57,051 nt of DNA from an uncultured Candidatus Bathyarchaeia archaeon (GCA_964346575.1 CAYFVN010000234.1:1-57051); one strand, 5' to 3'. Counted from the stretch's first letter, positions 1 to 9,775 are shown. Notes: generated by a model from the letters alone, not told the origin. Numbers and translations are program-made.

Positions 1-45
1 ATAAAACATACCGTTACCCTAGAGGGAGGGGTATCTAGAGAAAAG

Positions 46-360
46 ATGTCACAAGTTCTTGATTATGTAGAACTTATGGGTGGATCCTTACATAATTCTT
101 CAAATATAATCAAAAAAAATGTTTCAGATAGTAAATTCAATCGTGTTAGACGTCTTGTGTTAAATGAGTTCAGCGGTAAGATATTCAACTCTAGAGATGC
201 TCAAGTATCTTATTTTGATGCTTATCAAGAGAAGATACCTCTAAGCACTATATCGACTTATTTATCCAGACTATCAGATAGGGGTCTTTTAAATAGAGGA
301 GGATCATCAGGGGAGTGGCATTACGCTTTAGCGTATAAAGGTGAAAATACATATATTTAA
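46..360 (+). CDS. hypothetical protein, possible winged-helix DNA-binding protein
   Basis: 104-aa ORF in the very AT-rich left-end island. The C-terminal segment IPLSTISTYLSRLSDRGLLNR resembles a wHTH recognition helix plus wing. No family recognised. Confidence 0.35.
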   Translation: MSQVLDYVELMGGSLHNSSNIIKKNVSDSKFNRVRRLVLNEFSGKIFNSRDAQVSYFDAYQEKIPLSTISTYLSRLSDRGLLNRGGSSGEWHYALAYKGENTYI

Positions 361-364
361 TTTT

Positions 365-754
365 TTATTTCTTATAATATTCCTTTCCCGAAGCCATTTC
401 CTCTACTTCATTAATTAATGTATTTAATATATTATTTTTAAGTTCATAATTATTATATAATTTTATATTATCCTTAAACGATTTTAATTTACTTGAAACT
501 TCAATAAAAGGTTCTAATTGAGGTGTATCTAGTAAACCAATATATCCCAAGAGCATTATTGTATATACTGATTTTACTATATTTCTTATAGATTGTTTCC
601 TAGTTCTATTAAAAGATCCTCTACTAATTTTTTTTCCAACTCTTTGTATTGTTTTAAAATCTTTACTTATATTATCTTTATTTTCTCTATTATATAGGTC
701 TAATAGAAGTGTTTCTAATTGAATTTCAGTTAAACAACTATTTTTTAAAAGCAT
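365..754 (-). CDS. hypothetical protein, possible HTH regulator
   Basis: 129-aa ORF convergent with 46..360. The N-terminal LTEIQLETLLLDLY...ISRGSFNRTRKQSIRNI resembles sigma-70 region 4 / Tfx-type HTH. Very AT-rich. Confidence 0.3.
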   Translation of the reverse strand: MLLKNSCLTEIQLETLLLDLYNRENKDNISKDFKTIQRVGKKISRGSFNRTRKQSIRNIVKSVYTIMLLGYIGLLDTPQLEPFIEVSSKLKSFKDNIKLYNNYELKNNILNTLINEVEEMASGKEYYKK

Positions 755-817
755 TTCAATTATGGGGTCTTTTTTAATGGATATTAAATAATCTCTTAAG
801 GTATCTATTTGAACTAA

Positions 818-869
818 GGATTGCGTATCCTTCCTCCCTCCAATTGGATACGCTTTTGTATCCTAGGAT
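818..869. promoter_or_regulatory. cluster of GGAT/ATCC half-site palindromes in a divergent spacer (candidate operator)
   Basis: GGATtgcgtATCC (818..830), GCGTATCC / GGATACGC inverted repeat (823..830 and 846..853), and ATCCTAGGAT (860..869). Lies between the divergent 365..754 ORF and the glycosyltransferase. Confidence 0.3.
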
Positions 870-2169
870 ATGTTACAACTTTATTTATCTCACCAACTCA
901 ATTAAGCAGTTGAATATGATATTAATTTTACATATGAAAGCTTTAATTTACTATGAACAGTACACAAAAGTTCTAGGAAAAGTTGTAAATATCATAACAA
1001 AAATTGGAAAAATGGAAATAAGAAATATGTTTACATTGATTAAATATACTAAACCAGTAATACCTATATTTACATTCACAATATTGTCTATTCTAATAAT
1101 ACAAGCCTACAATCAACCTTTATTTGATGAGGTATGGTATGTTCCAGCTGCCAAAACTTTTCTATCTTCAAGGAAATATGAAAGACTTGAACATCCACCG
1201 TTGGGACAGTTATTGATATCATCAGGGATATTTTTTCTAGGAGATAACCCTATAGGATGGCGTTTTTTAAGCTTAATATTCGGTGCATCTTCACTTTTCA
1301 TGATATACCTTATATCTCTTAAGCTCACAAAAAACGAACTTACAGCTTTTACATCTTTAATATTACTCTCAATTGATAAAATGTTTTTTACCTTCTCAAA
1401 TCTAGGCGTTTTGGACATATTCTTCATATTTTTCTCGCTTCTATCCATATACATGGCGCTTAAAAGATGTGTATTGATCTCGGCATTTGCTATGGCTGCT
1501 GGGCTGTGCTGCAAACTAACTGCAGTCATTATGGCTCCTGTAATTCTCGTAATAATCTTTAAAGTAGGAGAATTTAGTACATCTAAACGGCATAGTATTA
1601 TTAATGTAGGTTTGTGGCTGACATATTCAACAATATTTTTCTTAATTTTACTTTATGCGTTAAACAACTTATATTCAAGTGTAGGAGTTGAACATATACT
1701 TAGAAGTCCTATCAATCATATATTCTATATGATAGGTGTTCATGCATCAAGTAATTGGCCTATAGGATATGGCGAGCCTCCATGGAATTGGCTTATTCGT
1801 CCTCAAAACTACTATATAAGTGGAATGTCTCTAATTAATATCGGTTTTCTAGAGACTTTTAATCCAATAATATATGGTCTTACTTTCTTATCAATTCCAA
1901 ATGCTATATTCAAGTCATTGAAATTAAAGGATTTCAGTGCAATCATAACATCAATATGGTTTATATTTTCTTACATAGTTTGGATACCAATATATTTTCT
2001 TATATCTCGTCCAATCTTTTCATTCTATCTTCTTTCTACTATACCAATTATATGCATAACCGTTGCTGCATTCGTAGATGGAGAAAAGAAGCTTCAATAT
2101 TCATTCATAACTGTTAATGTAATCTTATTTTTATTTTTTCAATATCCAATTAATATAATTTTATTATAG
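844..2169 (+). CDS. GT-C fold membrane glycosyltransferase (PMT/GT39-like, dolichyl-phosphate-mannose-protein mannosyltransferase family)
   Basis: Polytopic membrane protein. The loop after the first TM, DEVWYVPAAKTFL...ERLEHPPLGQLLI...GDNPIGWRFLSLIFG, is typical of the PMT_2/ArnT-like family. The real start is probably the internal ATG at 1012 (MEIRNMF...). Confidence 0.6.
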   Translation: MDTLLYPRICYNFIYLTNSIKQLNMILILHMKALIYYEQYTKVLGKVVNIITKIGKMEIRNMFTLIKYTKPVIPIFTFTILSILIIQAYNQPLFDEVWYVPAAKTFLSSRKYERLEHPPLGQLLISSGIFFLGDNPIGWRFLSLIFGASSLFMIYLISLKLTKNELTAFTSLILLSIDKMFFTFSNLGVLDIFFIFFSLLSIYMALKRCVLISAFAMAAGLCCKLTAVIMAPVILVIIFKVGEFSTSKRHSIINVGLWLTYSTIFFLILLYALNNLYSSVGVEHILRSPINHIFYMIGVHASSNWPIGYGEPPWNWLIRPQNYYISGMSLINIGFLETFNPIIYGLTFLSIPNAIFKSLKLKDFSAIITSIWFIFSYIVWIPIYFLISRPIFSFYLLSTIPIICITVAAFVDGEKKLQYSFITVNVILFLFFQYPINIILL

Positions 2170-2258
2170 GTTACATTGAAAGACCGGTATACTTAAACAA
2201 ATGTTTTTTCTTCTAATACTTAATTGAAATATACTTTAGAATATAAAAGGGGTTTAAT

Positions 2259-2504
2259 TTGGGGAGGAGACGAAGGCGAATAGTTAAGATAGTTAAGAAG
2301 AGATTGCCTACGGTATTTGACTGCCCGGCATGTAGTGAAAACTCTATTAAAATTACTATAAACAAGAACTCAGGGAAAACATTAATTCAATGCGCAGCCT
2401 GTGGATTGAAGGAGGAGTTGGAGTCTACTAAGTCTTCTGAACCAATAGATATATACTGCCTATTTACTGATAGATTTTATAAATTAGCTAAATCAACACA
2501 ATGA
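2259..2504 (+). CDS. elf1: transcription elongation factor Elf1 homolog (zinc ribbon)
   Basis: Basic N-terminus MGRRRRRIVKIVKKRLPTVFDCPACS...QCAACG, i.e. a CxxC-x21-CxxC ribbon, followed by EPIDIYCLFTD, matching the eukaryote/TACK Elf1 pattern. TTG start. Confidence 0.75.
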   Translation: MGRRRRRIVKIVKKRLPTVFDCPACSENSIKITINKNSGKTLIQCAACGLKEELESTKSSEPIDIYCLFTDRFYKLAKSTQ

Positions 2505-2636
2505 AACTCAAGATAATATAATCTCTAATTGTAAAATTGATTTAAACCAAATTCAATTATATATGAAAGATTATCCTCCAACCTTACAACACACATTAAA
2601 TTTAGCAGAAAAATCACTAGGGAGGAATTAATATAA

Positions 2637-5600
2637 TTGCAAATGGATGAAGATGACTCATTTGAAAGTTATTTTCAACTAATTGAAAAGAAGTTTTCTG
2701 AAGTCTACTCTATAGCATCAAATGCAAGAGCTATAGGTTTGGACCCGGAGCTTGAACCTGAATCCAGAGTTACAAAGGATCTAGCTGAACGTGTTGAAAA
2801 GTCTGTGGGACCTGAAGGCGTTGCTGAGCGGATAAGAAGCTTAAGTAAGGTTATGCCTAGGGAGGAAGTTGCATTTAAGATATCTGAAGAGATAGTGGGG
2901 AGTAGTCTTCAAGAAAATAATATATCAACTGCAGATCAGGCGGTAAGAACCGCTCTAGCAATATTGGGTGAAGGAGTAACTGTAGCTCCAATTCAAGGAA
3001 TAGTCAAAATCGATGAGAAGATAAATCCAGATGGCACTCGACATTTATCTATATATTTTGCAGGGCCTATCCGATCAGCTGGAGGTACTGAGATGGCTTT
3101 GACGATAATAATAGCTGACTTTATCAGACAATTGCTAGGATTAGATCGTTATAAAGCTACTGAAGAGGAAGCCAAACGCTTTCTAGAAGAGTTAAGAATA
3201 TACGAAAGGGAGGTAGCTCGTTTTCAATATAAATTTCCTGATGATCTTGTGTATAATGCTATAATTCGTTTACCTGTCGAAGTTACAGGAGTTGAAACAA
3301 ATCATGTCGAGGTACCTACCTTCAGGAACCTAAAAAGAGTAGAAACTAATAGAGTTCGCGGAGGAGCTCTAAGGGTATTAAATGACGGCATCCTAGGGCG
3401 CGCTAATAAAGTTATAAAGATAATCGATAAACTTGGAATTTCTGGTTGGGAGTGGCTTAAAGATATAAGAGAAGGTTTTAAAAATTCAGAAGCTTCTGGG
3501 GATTCGATGTTCATGGAGGATGTCATAGCAGGTCGACCTGTATTCTCATTTCCATCTATGGAAAGGGGCTTCAGGCTAAGATATGGCCGATCTAGAGACA
3601 CCGGATTAGCAAGCTACGGCGTTCATCCTTCAACCATGAAGATATTGAGAGGGTTCATGGCTACAGGCACTCAAATACGACTTGAGAAACCCGGAAAGGC
3701 TGGAATAGTTGTACCTGTAGACACTATAGAACCGTCTATAATTAAACTTAAAGACGGCTCTACGGTCAGATCTGATGAAATATCCGAGAGAACAGCAAAA
3801 GAATCTATAGAGAAGATACTTTTCTTAGGAGACATTCTGGTAGGATTTGGTGAATTCATTGAGAACAATAAACATTTAGATCCTCCTGGATATGTTGAGG
3901 AATGGTGGGCTGAAGAGTTAAAATCTAAACTAGTCGGAGAAAACTCTAAAAGGATATGTAACGAAGCTGGAATCTCCGAAGACAGGTTAACACGGTTTTT
4001 AAGTGAACCATTCAAAACTAAACCAAACTTAGATGAGGCGTTCAAGTTATCTCAAATCCTCAGAATTCCTCTACATCCTTGCCATGTCTATTTCTGGGAT
4101 TTAGTTAAACCCCAAGAGATACTCCTACTAAGAGAGAAAATAGCAAACGCAGTAAACAAAGAGGATGATAAAAAAGAAATCCGTATCACTGAAGAGGAGA
4201 AAGTTAAAACACTACTGGAAAAGATGTGCGTACCACACAATTCTGAAGAAGGTTATTTAATATTTAAGAGAGAAGAAGCCTTAATTCTCAAAAAAATTTT
4301 AACTTCGTCTCCATTTAAATCTGAAGATGCAAATAATTACCAATCTTCCCTAGAGCTTTTAAAAGCTTTATCAGGAGTAGAAATCAGGGCAAAAGGAGGT
4401 ACCTTCATAGGTGCCCGTATGGGTAGACCTGAAAAGGCTAGACCAAGGGAAATGAGACCTCTAGTGCATGTACTATTTCCTATAGGATTGGCTGGAGGAT
4501 CGAGACGCAACCTCATTGAAGCTGCAAATTCAGAACGAATATCTACAGAAATGGTCAACCGATTCTGCTCCACATGCCAAACGGAGGAGTTCTCAAGTAT
4601 ATGTATAAAATGTGGATCAAAGACTCTGATAAAATATGTCTGCCCCACTTGCAGCTTCGAATCAATGGAAGATGGATTATGCCCAAAGTGCAGAGTTTCC
4701 TTATCCAGCCATTCTAGAAGATATTTAAATTTAAATAATTTTATCTCAATGGCACGTGAGCGTTTAGGGCTAGTTGATCTTCCTGATATTATTAAAGCAG
4801 TAAAAGGACTAACGAACGAGCTTAAGATTCCAGAGCCGTTGGAGAAGGGGATACTAAGATCAGTCTTAGGACTTTCTCTATTTAAAGATGGTACAATAAG
4901 ATTTGACTCTACAAACGCGGTTTTAAGCCATTTCAAACCTTCAGAGATTGGATTAAATATAGATGAAGCTTTATGGCTAGGATACACTCACGACTATAAA
5001 GGAGAACCTCTAAAAGATCCTGAGCAGATATGTGTCTTAAAACTTCAGGATATAATAGTCCCTAAGAGCTGTGGTGAGTATCTACTCAGAGTATCAAGAT
5101 TCATAGATGAACTTCTAGTAAAATTCTACAAGCTTCCGTCATTCTATAATGCTCATAAAAAAGAAGAATTATTGGGGCGACTAGTTGTTGGTTTATCCCC
5201 TCATACCTCTGTAGGAGTCATAGGTAGAATAATTGGATACTCAGATACTAACGTATGCTTTGCTCATCCAATTTGGCATGCCGCTAAGAGGAGGGATTGC
5301 GATGGGGATGAAGATAGTATATCTCTAGCTCTAGATATATTACTAAACTTCTCTAAAAAATATCTTCCATCGAAGATAGGCGGACTCATGGACGCCCCCT
5401 TATTAATGACTGTGAGGATATTACCTACAGAAGTGGCAAGGCAGGCATTCAACATAGAGGCCGTCTGGAGATTTCCACTGCAATTCTACGAGGCTTCTTT
5501 AAATGGTATGGACTCGAAGGATGTTGCTGAATATGTGGAACTGGTGTACCCTAGGTTATATACAACAAAACAGTTTGACAATATACCCTTCACCAACGAC

Positions 5601-6074
5601 ACAACGAACATAAATAAAGGTAACCATAAAAATGCTTATAGTGAACTTCCAACTATGATTGACAAAGTAAATGAGCAACTGGAACTGGCTGACGCTATCT
5701 CAGCAGTAGACGCTAGAGAAGTGGCTAAGAAGGTTGTTTCAACCCATTTCATGAGGGACCTAGCGGGAAACTTAAAGGCATACTCGGGTCAGAAAGTAAG
5801 ATGTAAAAAATGTAATGCAAAGTATAGGCGTATACCTTTGAAAGGTAAATGCTTTAAATGCAAAGGAGAACTCTCACTAACAGTTTATAGGGGATCTGTA
5901 GAGAAATACTTAGAGATAGCACGAAGAATAATTCAAAAGTATAATACAGGAGAATACCACGAGCAAAGGCTTAAACTAATAGCAAACGAAATAAACTCCC
6001 TCTTTAAAGATAAGCTAAATAGCGAGATAAGTATAAACGGATACGAACAGAGAGGGCTGTCTGACTTTATGTAA
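2637..6074 (+). CDS. polC: DNA polymerase II (PolD) large subunit DP2
   Basis: 1145 aa, the normal intein-free DP2 length. Conserved DP2 blocks are present (GPIRSAGGTE, FRLRYGRSRDTGLA, GRPEKA, HPIWHAAKRRDCDGDEDS) plus C-terminal Zn fingers CKKCNAKYRRIPLKGKCFKCKG. A GGGAGG SD sits upstream; an alternative ATG lies at 2643. Confidence 0.95.
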   Translation: MQMDEDDSFESYFQLIEKKFSEVYSIASNARAIGLDPELEPESRVTKDLAERVEKSVGPEGVAERIRSLSKVMPREEVAFKISEEIVGSSLQENNISTADQAVRTALAILGEGVTVAPIQGIVKIDEKINPDGTRHLSIYFAGPIRSAGGTEMALTIIIADFIRQLLGLDRYKATEEEAKRFLEELRIYEREVARFQYKFPDDLVYNAIIRLPVEVTGVETNHVEVPTFRNLKRVETNRVRGGALRVLNDGILGRANKVIKIIDKLGISGWEWLKDIREGFKNSEASGDSMFMEDVIAGRPVFSFPSMERGFRLRYGRSRDTGLASYGVHPSTMKILRGFMATGTQIRLEKPGKAGIVVPVDTIEPSIIKLKDGSTVRSDEISERTAKESIEKILFLGDILVGFGEFIENNKHLDPPGYVEEWWAEELKSKLVGENSKRICNEAGISEDRLTRFLSEPFKTKPNLDEAFKLSQILRIPLHPCHVYFWDLVKPQEILLLREKIANAVNKEDDKKEIRITEEEKVKTLLEKMCVPHNSEEGYLIFKREEALILKKILTSSPFKSEDANNYQSSLELLKALSGVEIRAKGGTFIGARMGRPEKARPREMRPLVHVLFPIGLAGGSRRNLIEAANSERISTEMVNRFCSTCQTEEFSSICIKCGSKTLIKYVCPTCSFESMEDGLCPKCRVSLSSHSRRYLNLNNFISMARERLGLVDLPDIIKAVKGLTNELKIPEPLEKGILRSVLGLSLFKDGTIRFDSTNAVLSHFKPSEIGLNIDEALWLGYTHDYKGEPLKDPEQICVLKLQDIIVPKSCGEYLLRVSRFIDELLVKFYKLPSFYNAHKKEELLGRLVVGLSPHTSVGVIGRIIGYSDTNVCFAHPIWHAAKRRDCDGDEDSISLALDILLNFSKKYLPSKIGGLMDAPLLMTVRILPTEVARQAFNIEAVWRFPLQFYEASLNGMDSKDVAEYVELVYPRLYTTKQFDNIPFTNDTTNINKGNHKNAYSELPTMIDKVNEQLELADAISAVDAREVAKKVVSTHFMRDLAGNLKAYSGQKVRCKKCNAKYRRIPLKGKCFKCKGELSLTVYRGSVEKYLEIARRIIQKYNTGEYHEQRLKLIANEINSLFKDKLNSEISINGYEQRGLSDFM

Positions 6075-6214
6075 CATCAAGTTATGGGAGTCATTTTTGT
6101 GTCTCTACAACAATCTGAACATTAAATTTCTACTATATTTTTCATTCCTCTTATCTGCTCTTCAAAATATACAAAACAATAAATTAGATATTATATATTC
6201 AATACTTTGGTGAG

Positions 6215-7543
6215 GTGTTTGGGCTGTTGAATGCCAGGGATTATTATGATAGGTTGTTCACTCTCTTAGGTGATCACCATAAATGGTTTTCGGAATCGAT
6301 CCCGTTAATAGCTAGTGAGAACGTTCCAAGTGCTGCTGTTAGGGAGGCAATTACAAGTGATTTTGGGAACCGTTACGCTGAGGGATGGCCAGGAGAGAGA
6401 ATCTACGCTGGTTGTATATACATAGACCAAGTAGAGAACATGTGCATTGAGTTGGCTAAGAAACTCTTCAAGGCTGAGTTCGTTGATGTAAGGCCTACGT
6501 CGGGTGTTTGTTCAAACCTTGTAGCTTACACCGCCTTCACCAAGCCTGGTGACCTAATAATGGCGATTTCGATTCCTAATGGAGGGCACATAAGCTATGG
6601 AAAGATGGAGCTTGGAGGGACTGCGGGAGCTGTTAGAGGTCTAAGACTCACATACTTCCCATTTAATCATGAGGAGATGAATATAGACGTAGATCGGACT
6701 ATTCGTAAAATTAAGAAGCTTAAAAAGGATGGTAAGGAGCTTAACATGGCTATGTTTGGCGCCTCGGTGTTTACATTTCCACACCCAATAAAAGAGTTAG
6801 TGGGACATCTGAGAGATGCAGGAGCAACTATATGCTATGACGCAGCTCACGTATTAGGCCTGATCGCGGGTGGAGTCTTCCAGGATCCATTGAGGGAGGG
6901 TGTCGATCTTGTGACCGGTAGTACTCACAAGACATTGTTTGGACCTCAAGGCGGTATAGTAATGTCTTGGGACCGTTATGCTGATGATATAAAGAAGGCT
7001 ACATTCCCAGGGAATGTAAGTAATCATCACCTACATAATTTAGCGGGTAAAGCTGTAGCATTCGCAGAGATGCTTGCTTTCGGTAAAGATTATACTCGTC
7101 AAATAGTTAGGAACGCTAAGGCATTCGGTCAAGCTCTATATGAGAGGGGTTTCCAAGTTTTAGGAGAGAAGAGAGGCTTCACTGAATCTCACACAATACT
7201 TGTCGATATAGTTAAGTATGGAGATGGTGGAAAGATCGAGAAGAAGCTTGAGAGTGCCAATATTATACTAAATAGAAATCTTCTACCGTACGATCTTAAA
7301 TTTGATCGTCACTTCGAAGCTCCGGGTGGAATAAGATGTGGTCTATCTGAGTGTACTAGGCTTGGCATGAAGGAGAACGATATGGATCAGATAGCTGAAT
7401 TCATAGAAAGGATTGTTGCAAAAGGCGAGGATCCAATCGAAGTAAAAAATGAAGTAGCTGAGTTTCGTAAAAGTTTCAGAAGAATCATCTACGCTTTTGA
7501 AACTAATCGAGATGCTTATGAATACTTCAAGCTGAGAATGTAG
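6215..7543 (+). CDS. glyA: serine hydroxymethyltransferase
   Basis: LIASENVPSAAVREA...NRYAEGWPGERIYAGC and the PLP-lysine block GSTHKTLFGPQGG. GTG start preceded by GGTGAGG. Confidence 0.95.
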   Translation: MFGLLNARDYYDRLFTLLGDHHKWFSESIPLIASENVPSAAVREAITSDFGNRYAEGWPGERIYAGCIYIDQVENMCIELAKKLFKAEFVDVRPTSGVCSNLVAYTAFTKPGDLIMAISIPNGGHISYGKMELGGTAGAVRGLRLTYFPFNHEEMNIDVDRTIRKIKKLKKDGKELNMAMFGASVFTFPHPIKELVGHLRDAGATICYDAAHVLGLIAGGVFQDPLREGVDLVTGSTHKTLFGPQGGIVMSWDRYADDIKKATFPGNVSNHHLHNLAGKAVAFAEMLAFGKDYTRQIVRNAKAFGQALYERGFQVLGEKRGFTESHTILVDIVKYGDGGKIEKKLESANIILNRNLLPYDLKFDRHFEAPGGIRCGLSECTRLGMKENDMDQIAEFIERIVAKGEDPIEVKNEVAEFRKSFRRIIYAFETNRDAYEYFKLRM

Positions 7544-7656
7544 ATGAAAGGAAATAAATTTAAATAATCACTTTACATACCCATTTAAGGTTATTTGAAT
7601 TAAGAGGGTGCTGAAGCCTGAGTAAACGAGAGAAGCGTCGTAAGAGAGAAGCTCCC

Positions 7657-7794
7657 ATGCCAGCTGCCAGTGCAGGGCTCCTTCGATTCTTTGAAGAGGA
7701 GACTACAGGGATAAAAGTGAGACCGGAGGTACCGATAATGATGGCAATAGGTCTCATAGCCCTTAGCATTCTGGCTTATATATCTTTTAGATAG
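7657..7794 (+). CDS. secG: preprotein translocase subunit Sec61beta (SecG); too short for the ORF track
   Basis: Manual translation gives MPAASAGLLRFFEEETTGIKVRPEVPIMMAIGLIALSILAYISFR*, the canonical archaeal Sec61beta core plus a C-terminal TM. The in-frame upstream codons (from 7615) encode SLSKREKRRKREAP, the family's usual basic N-terminus. A CTG at 7618 lies 7 nt after GAGGGTG and may be the real start. Confidence 0.7.
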   Translation: MPAASAGLLRFFEEETTGIKVRPEVPIMMAIGLIALSILAYISFR

Positions 7795-7854
7795 GAATCG
7801 TAGCGCGCGATAAGATGGTAGGCTTGCCTCGATTTTGATAATTTCAGAATGTCG

Positions 7855-8871
7855 TTAAGTGAACTCTAATAACTCTCTCTGAGAGATTGAGGGTAGAGGT
7901 CCAGCTTCTAATCCCTTCCTCCTAAGATACTCAGAGAATTCATTAACGAAACCTGTAAATACGTATACTCTTTCTGCACCTGTATCCTCAACGAATTTAC
8001 TCAGCTGGTTAAAGTCTGCGTGACCGCTTAAGGGAAAAGCTTCTACTCCAAGCCTTCTCATTCTTAGAGCCCAACCTGTAGCTCTAGCCTCAGAGAACCT
8101 TCCTCCAACGTAATGGCGTCGGCTTGTCACGTATATTAAAGGCTCTGACCTTTTGGCAGGCTCACTTTCAGAAGCCTCCCAAATCAACTTAAACCCTCCA
8201 TCATTGCATATTTCATTGACTGAGTTGATATTATAATCAGAGAATACGGGAACACTCGTATATTTATTGAATAACTTCACTATCTCCTGCGCTTTACCGG
8301 TAGCATAAACTCTAAAACATGGAGTCCTTCCATGTTTAACTTCATCTAAGGCCCACATTACAATATCAGAGTAAACTTTAGTTCTAGATGGAAAACTGTA
8401 TATAGGGGTTCCGTAGGTTGCCTCTGTTACTAGTAAGTCACATTCCTCAGGTTCAGCGGCCTCACCTATTAAGCTATCAACATAATTTAAATCTCCTGTA
8501 TAGAGTATTGAAACTTCAGGAGTTGAAATTTTAAACTGAGCAGCACCTATCACATGTCCTGAATTCAAAGCTTCAACCTCCATGTCCCCGATCTTTATAG
8601 AAGAGTTAATCGATAATTCTCTAAAGTTCTTAACCTCCCGTCCTGTTAATACCTCAAATATTCTTTTAGTTTTGTATGTCGAAATCTTAACATTAGGAGA
8701 GTTGAAACCTTGAGTATGATCGGCATGGGCATGAGATATTAAGGCTACAGCATCTTTTGGAAGGTGTGAAGTATTAGAATCTATAACTAATCTAGCCTCT
8801 TCGGTTCTAATATGTAAACCTTTAAGCCAACCTACCAGCAGGGACCTAATCATCAAGGTACCTTCCTCCAT
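7855..8871 (-). CDS. short-form metallo-beta-lactamase / beta-CASP nuclease
   Basis: MBL motif ISHAHADHTQG, beta-CASP motif A LLVTEATYG and motif C PLSGHADFNQL. The 338-aa size matches short beta-CASP exonucleases of the ligase-associated / mRNA 3'-end processing factor-like group. Confidence 0.7.
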   Translation of the reverse strand: MEEGTLMIRSLLVGWLKGLHIRTEEARLVIDSNTSHLPKDAVALISHAHADHTQGFNSPNVKISTYKTKRIFEVLTGREVKNFRELSINSSIKIGDMEVEALNSGHVIGAAQFKISTPEVSILYTGDLNYVDSLIGEAAEPEECDLLVTEATYGTPIYSFPSRTKVYSDIVMWALDEVKHGRTPCFRVYATGKAQEIVKLFNKYTSVPVFSDYNINSVNEICNDGGFKLIWEASESEPAKRSEPLIYVTSRRHYVGGRFSEARATGWALRMRRLGVEAFPLSGHADFNQLSKFVEDTGAERVYVFTGFVNEFSEYLRRKGLEAGPLPSISQRELLEFT

Positions 8872-8984
8872 CGGATAAGCATGAAGTGGCTGTAACCCTC
8901 ATTATCTAAGAGGTTCAATTAGATTATTAATTTAATTAAACAAGACTAAATATTATTTCATAGAACTATGAAGGGCATAAATAG

Positions 8985-9467
8985 GTGTTTTCCTTGAAGC
9001 TTGATAATTTAGATTTTAAGATATTGTGTATGCTTCAAGAGAACTGTAAATTAAGTGCTAGAGAAGTAGCTTCCAGTCTAGATATCCCTGTCACTACCGT
9101 GTATAGTAAAATTAGAAGAATGGAAGAGGGGGGGTTTATAGAAGGCTATAAAATGCTTTTAAACTTTAAGAAACTAGGAAAGGGAACAACAGCCTTTATC
9201 CTAGCTTCGGTAGCTTATACGCATCCAAGACGTTCAGAGATAGTATCACAAAGAGAAGTAGCTGAGAAAGTATCTGGTTTTCCTGAAGTACAGGAAGTAC
9301 ATATAATATCTGGAGATTGGGATCTATTGATAAAAGTTAAAACTGAGGATGTAGAGACAGTTGGGCGCTTCATAATAGATAAACTAAGAACTGTTGAAGG
9401 CGTTGAAAAGACGTTAACATGCATGGTATTTGACACATTAAAGGAGGAATTCACCGTAAATATCTGA
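8985..9467 (+). CDS. Lrp/AsnC family transcriptional regulator
   Basis: LDNLDFKILCMLQENCKLSAREVASSLDIPVTTVYSKIRRMEEGGFIEGY HTH followed by a RAM/ACT-like C-terminal domain (VQEVHIISGDWDLLIKV). Confidence 0.85.
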   Translation: MFSLKLDNLDFKILCMLQENCKLSAREVASSLDIPVTTVYSKIRRMEEGGFIEGYKMLLNFKKLGKGTTAFILASVAYTHPRRSEIVSQREVAEKVSGFPEVQEVHIISGDWDLLIKVKTEDVETVGRFIIDKLRTVEGVEKTLTCMVFDTLKEEFTVNI

Positions 9468-9775
9468 TGGTGTATGCGCGCGCTCTTATAAATTATAACT
9501 CATTTCTTATTTATTAGAGTTAATATGGCTGATGATTCAATCTTTAAAAACTATAAACTGGTTATATTTAAAAAATTTAAAACTTTTAATATTAAACGTA
9601 ATACTTAAAATAAATCAAGCTTTATATTTCACTTAAATATCGTCTTTTTTGCATAATTCTAATAAATTACGTACAAATGTTAAGTAATTACCATGCTAAT
9701 GCTTATAAACATGATAGTGGGTGATCTTACCCTTTAAGGTAGAAGGTACTTAACGACGCGTTAGGAGGTCTAGAA

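Noticed and set aside
1113-5455. Antisense or nested ORFs inside the glycosyltransferase and PolD genes (1113..1529, 3302..3601, 3671..4045, 4337..4987, 5264..5455). The same applies to many similar nested ORFs elsewhere, e.g. 26011..26589, 37190..37765, 47674..48330 and 55031..55519.
   Set aside because: Each is fully contained in a strongly supported gene on the opposite strand and shows Ser/Leu/Pro/Arg-rich shadow-frame composition.
2637-6074. Possible intein or programmed frameshift in PolD DP2.
   Set aside because: It is a single uninterrupted 1145-aa frame of normal DP2 length. The conserved blocks are contiguous, and I noticed no intein-like insertion or obvious intein splice-junction/homing-endonuclease motifs.
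7560-7769. 69-aa minus-strand ORF.
   Set aside because: It is antisense to a clear Sec61beta coding frame, and its Arg/Ser/Leu-rich translation has no recognisable features.
9468-9775. 300-bp, roughly 25% GC spacer upstream of alba, considered as a replication origin.
   Set aside because: I could not find ORB or mini-ORB-like inverted repeats, and there is no orc1/cdc6 gene nearby. A strong promoter/UTR region for a highly expressed chromatin gene is the simpler explanation.
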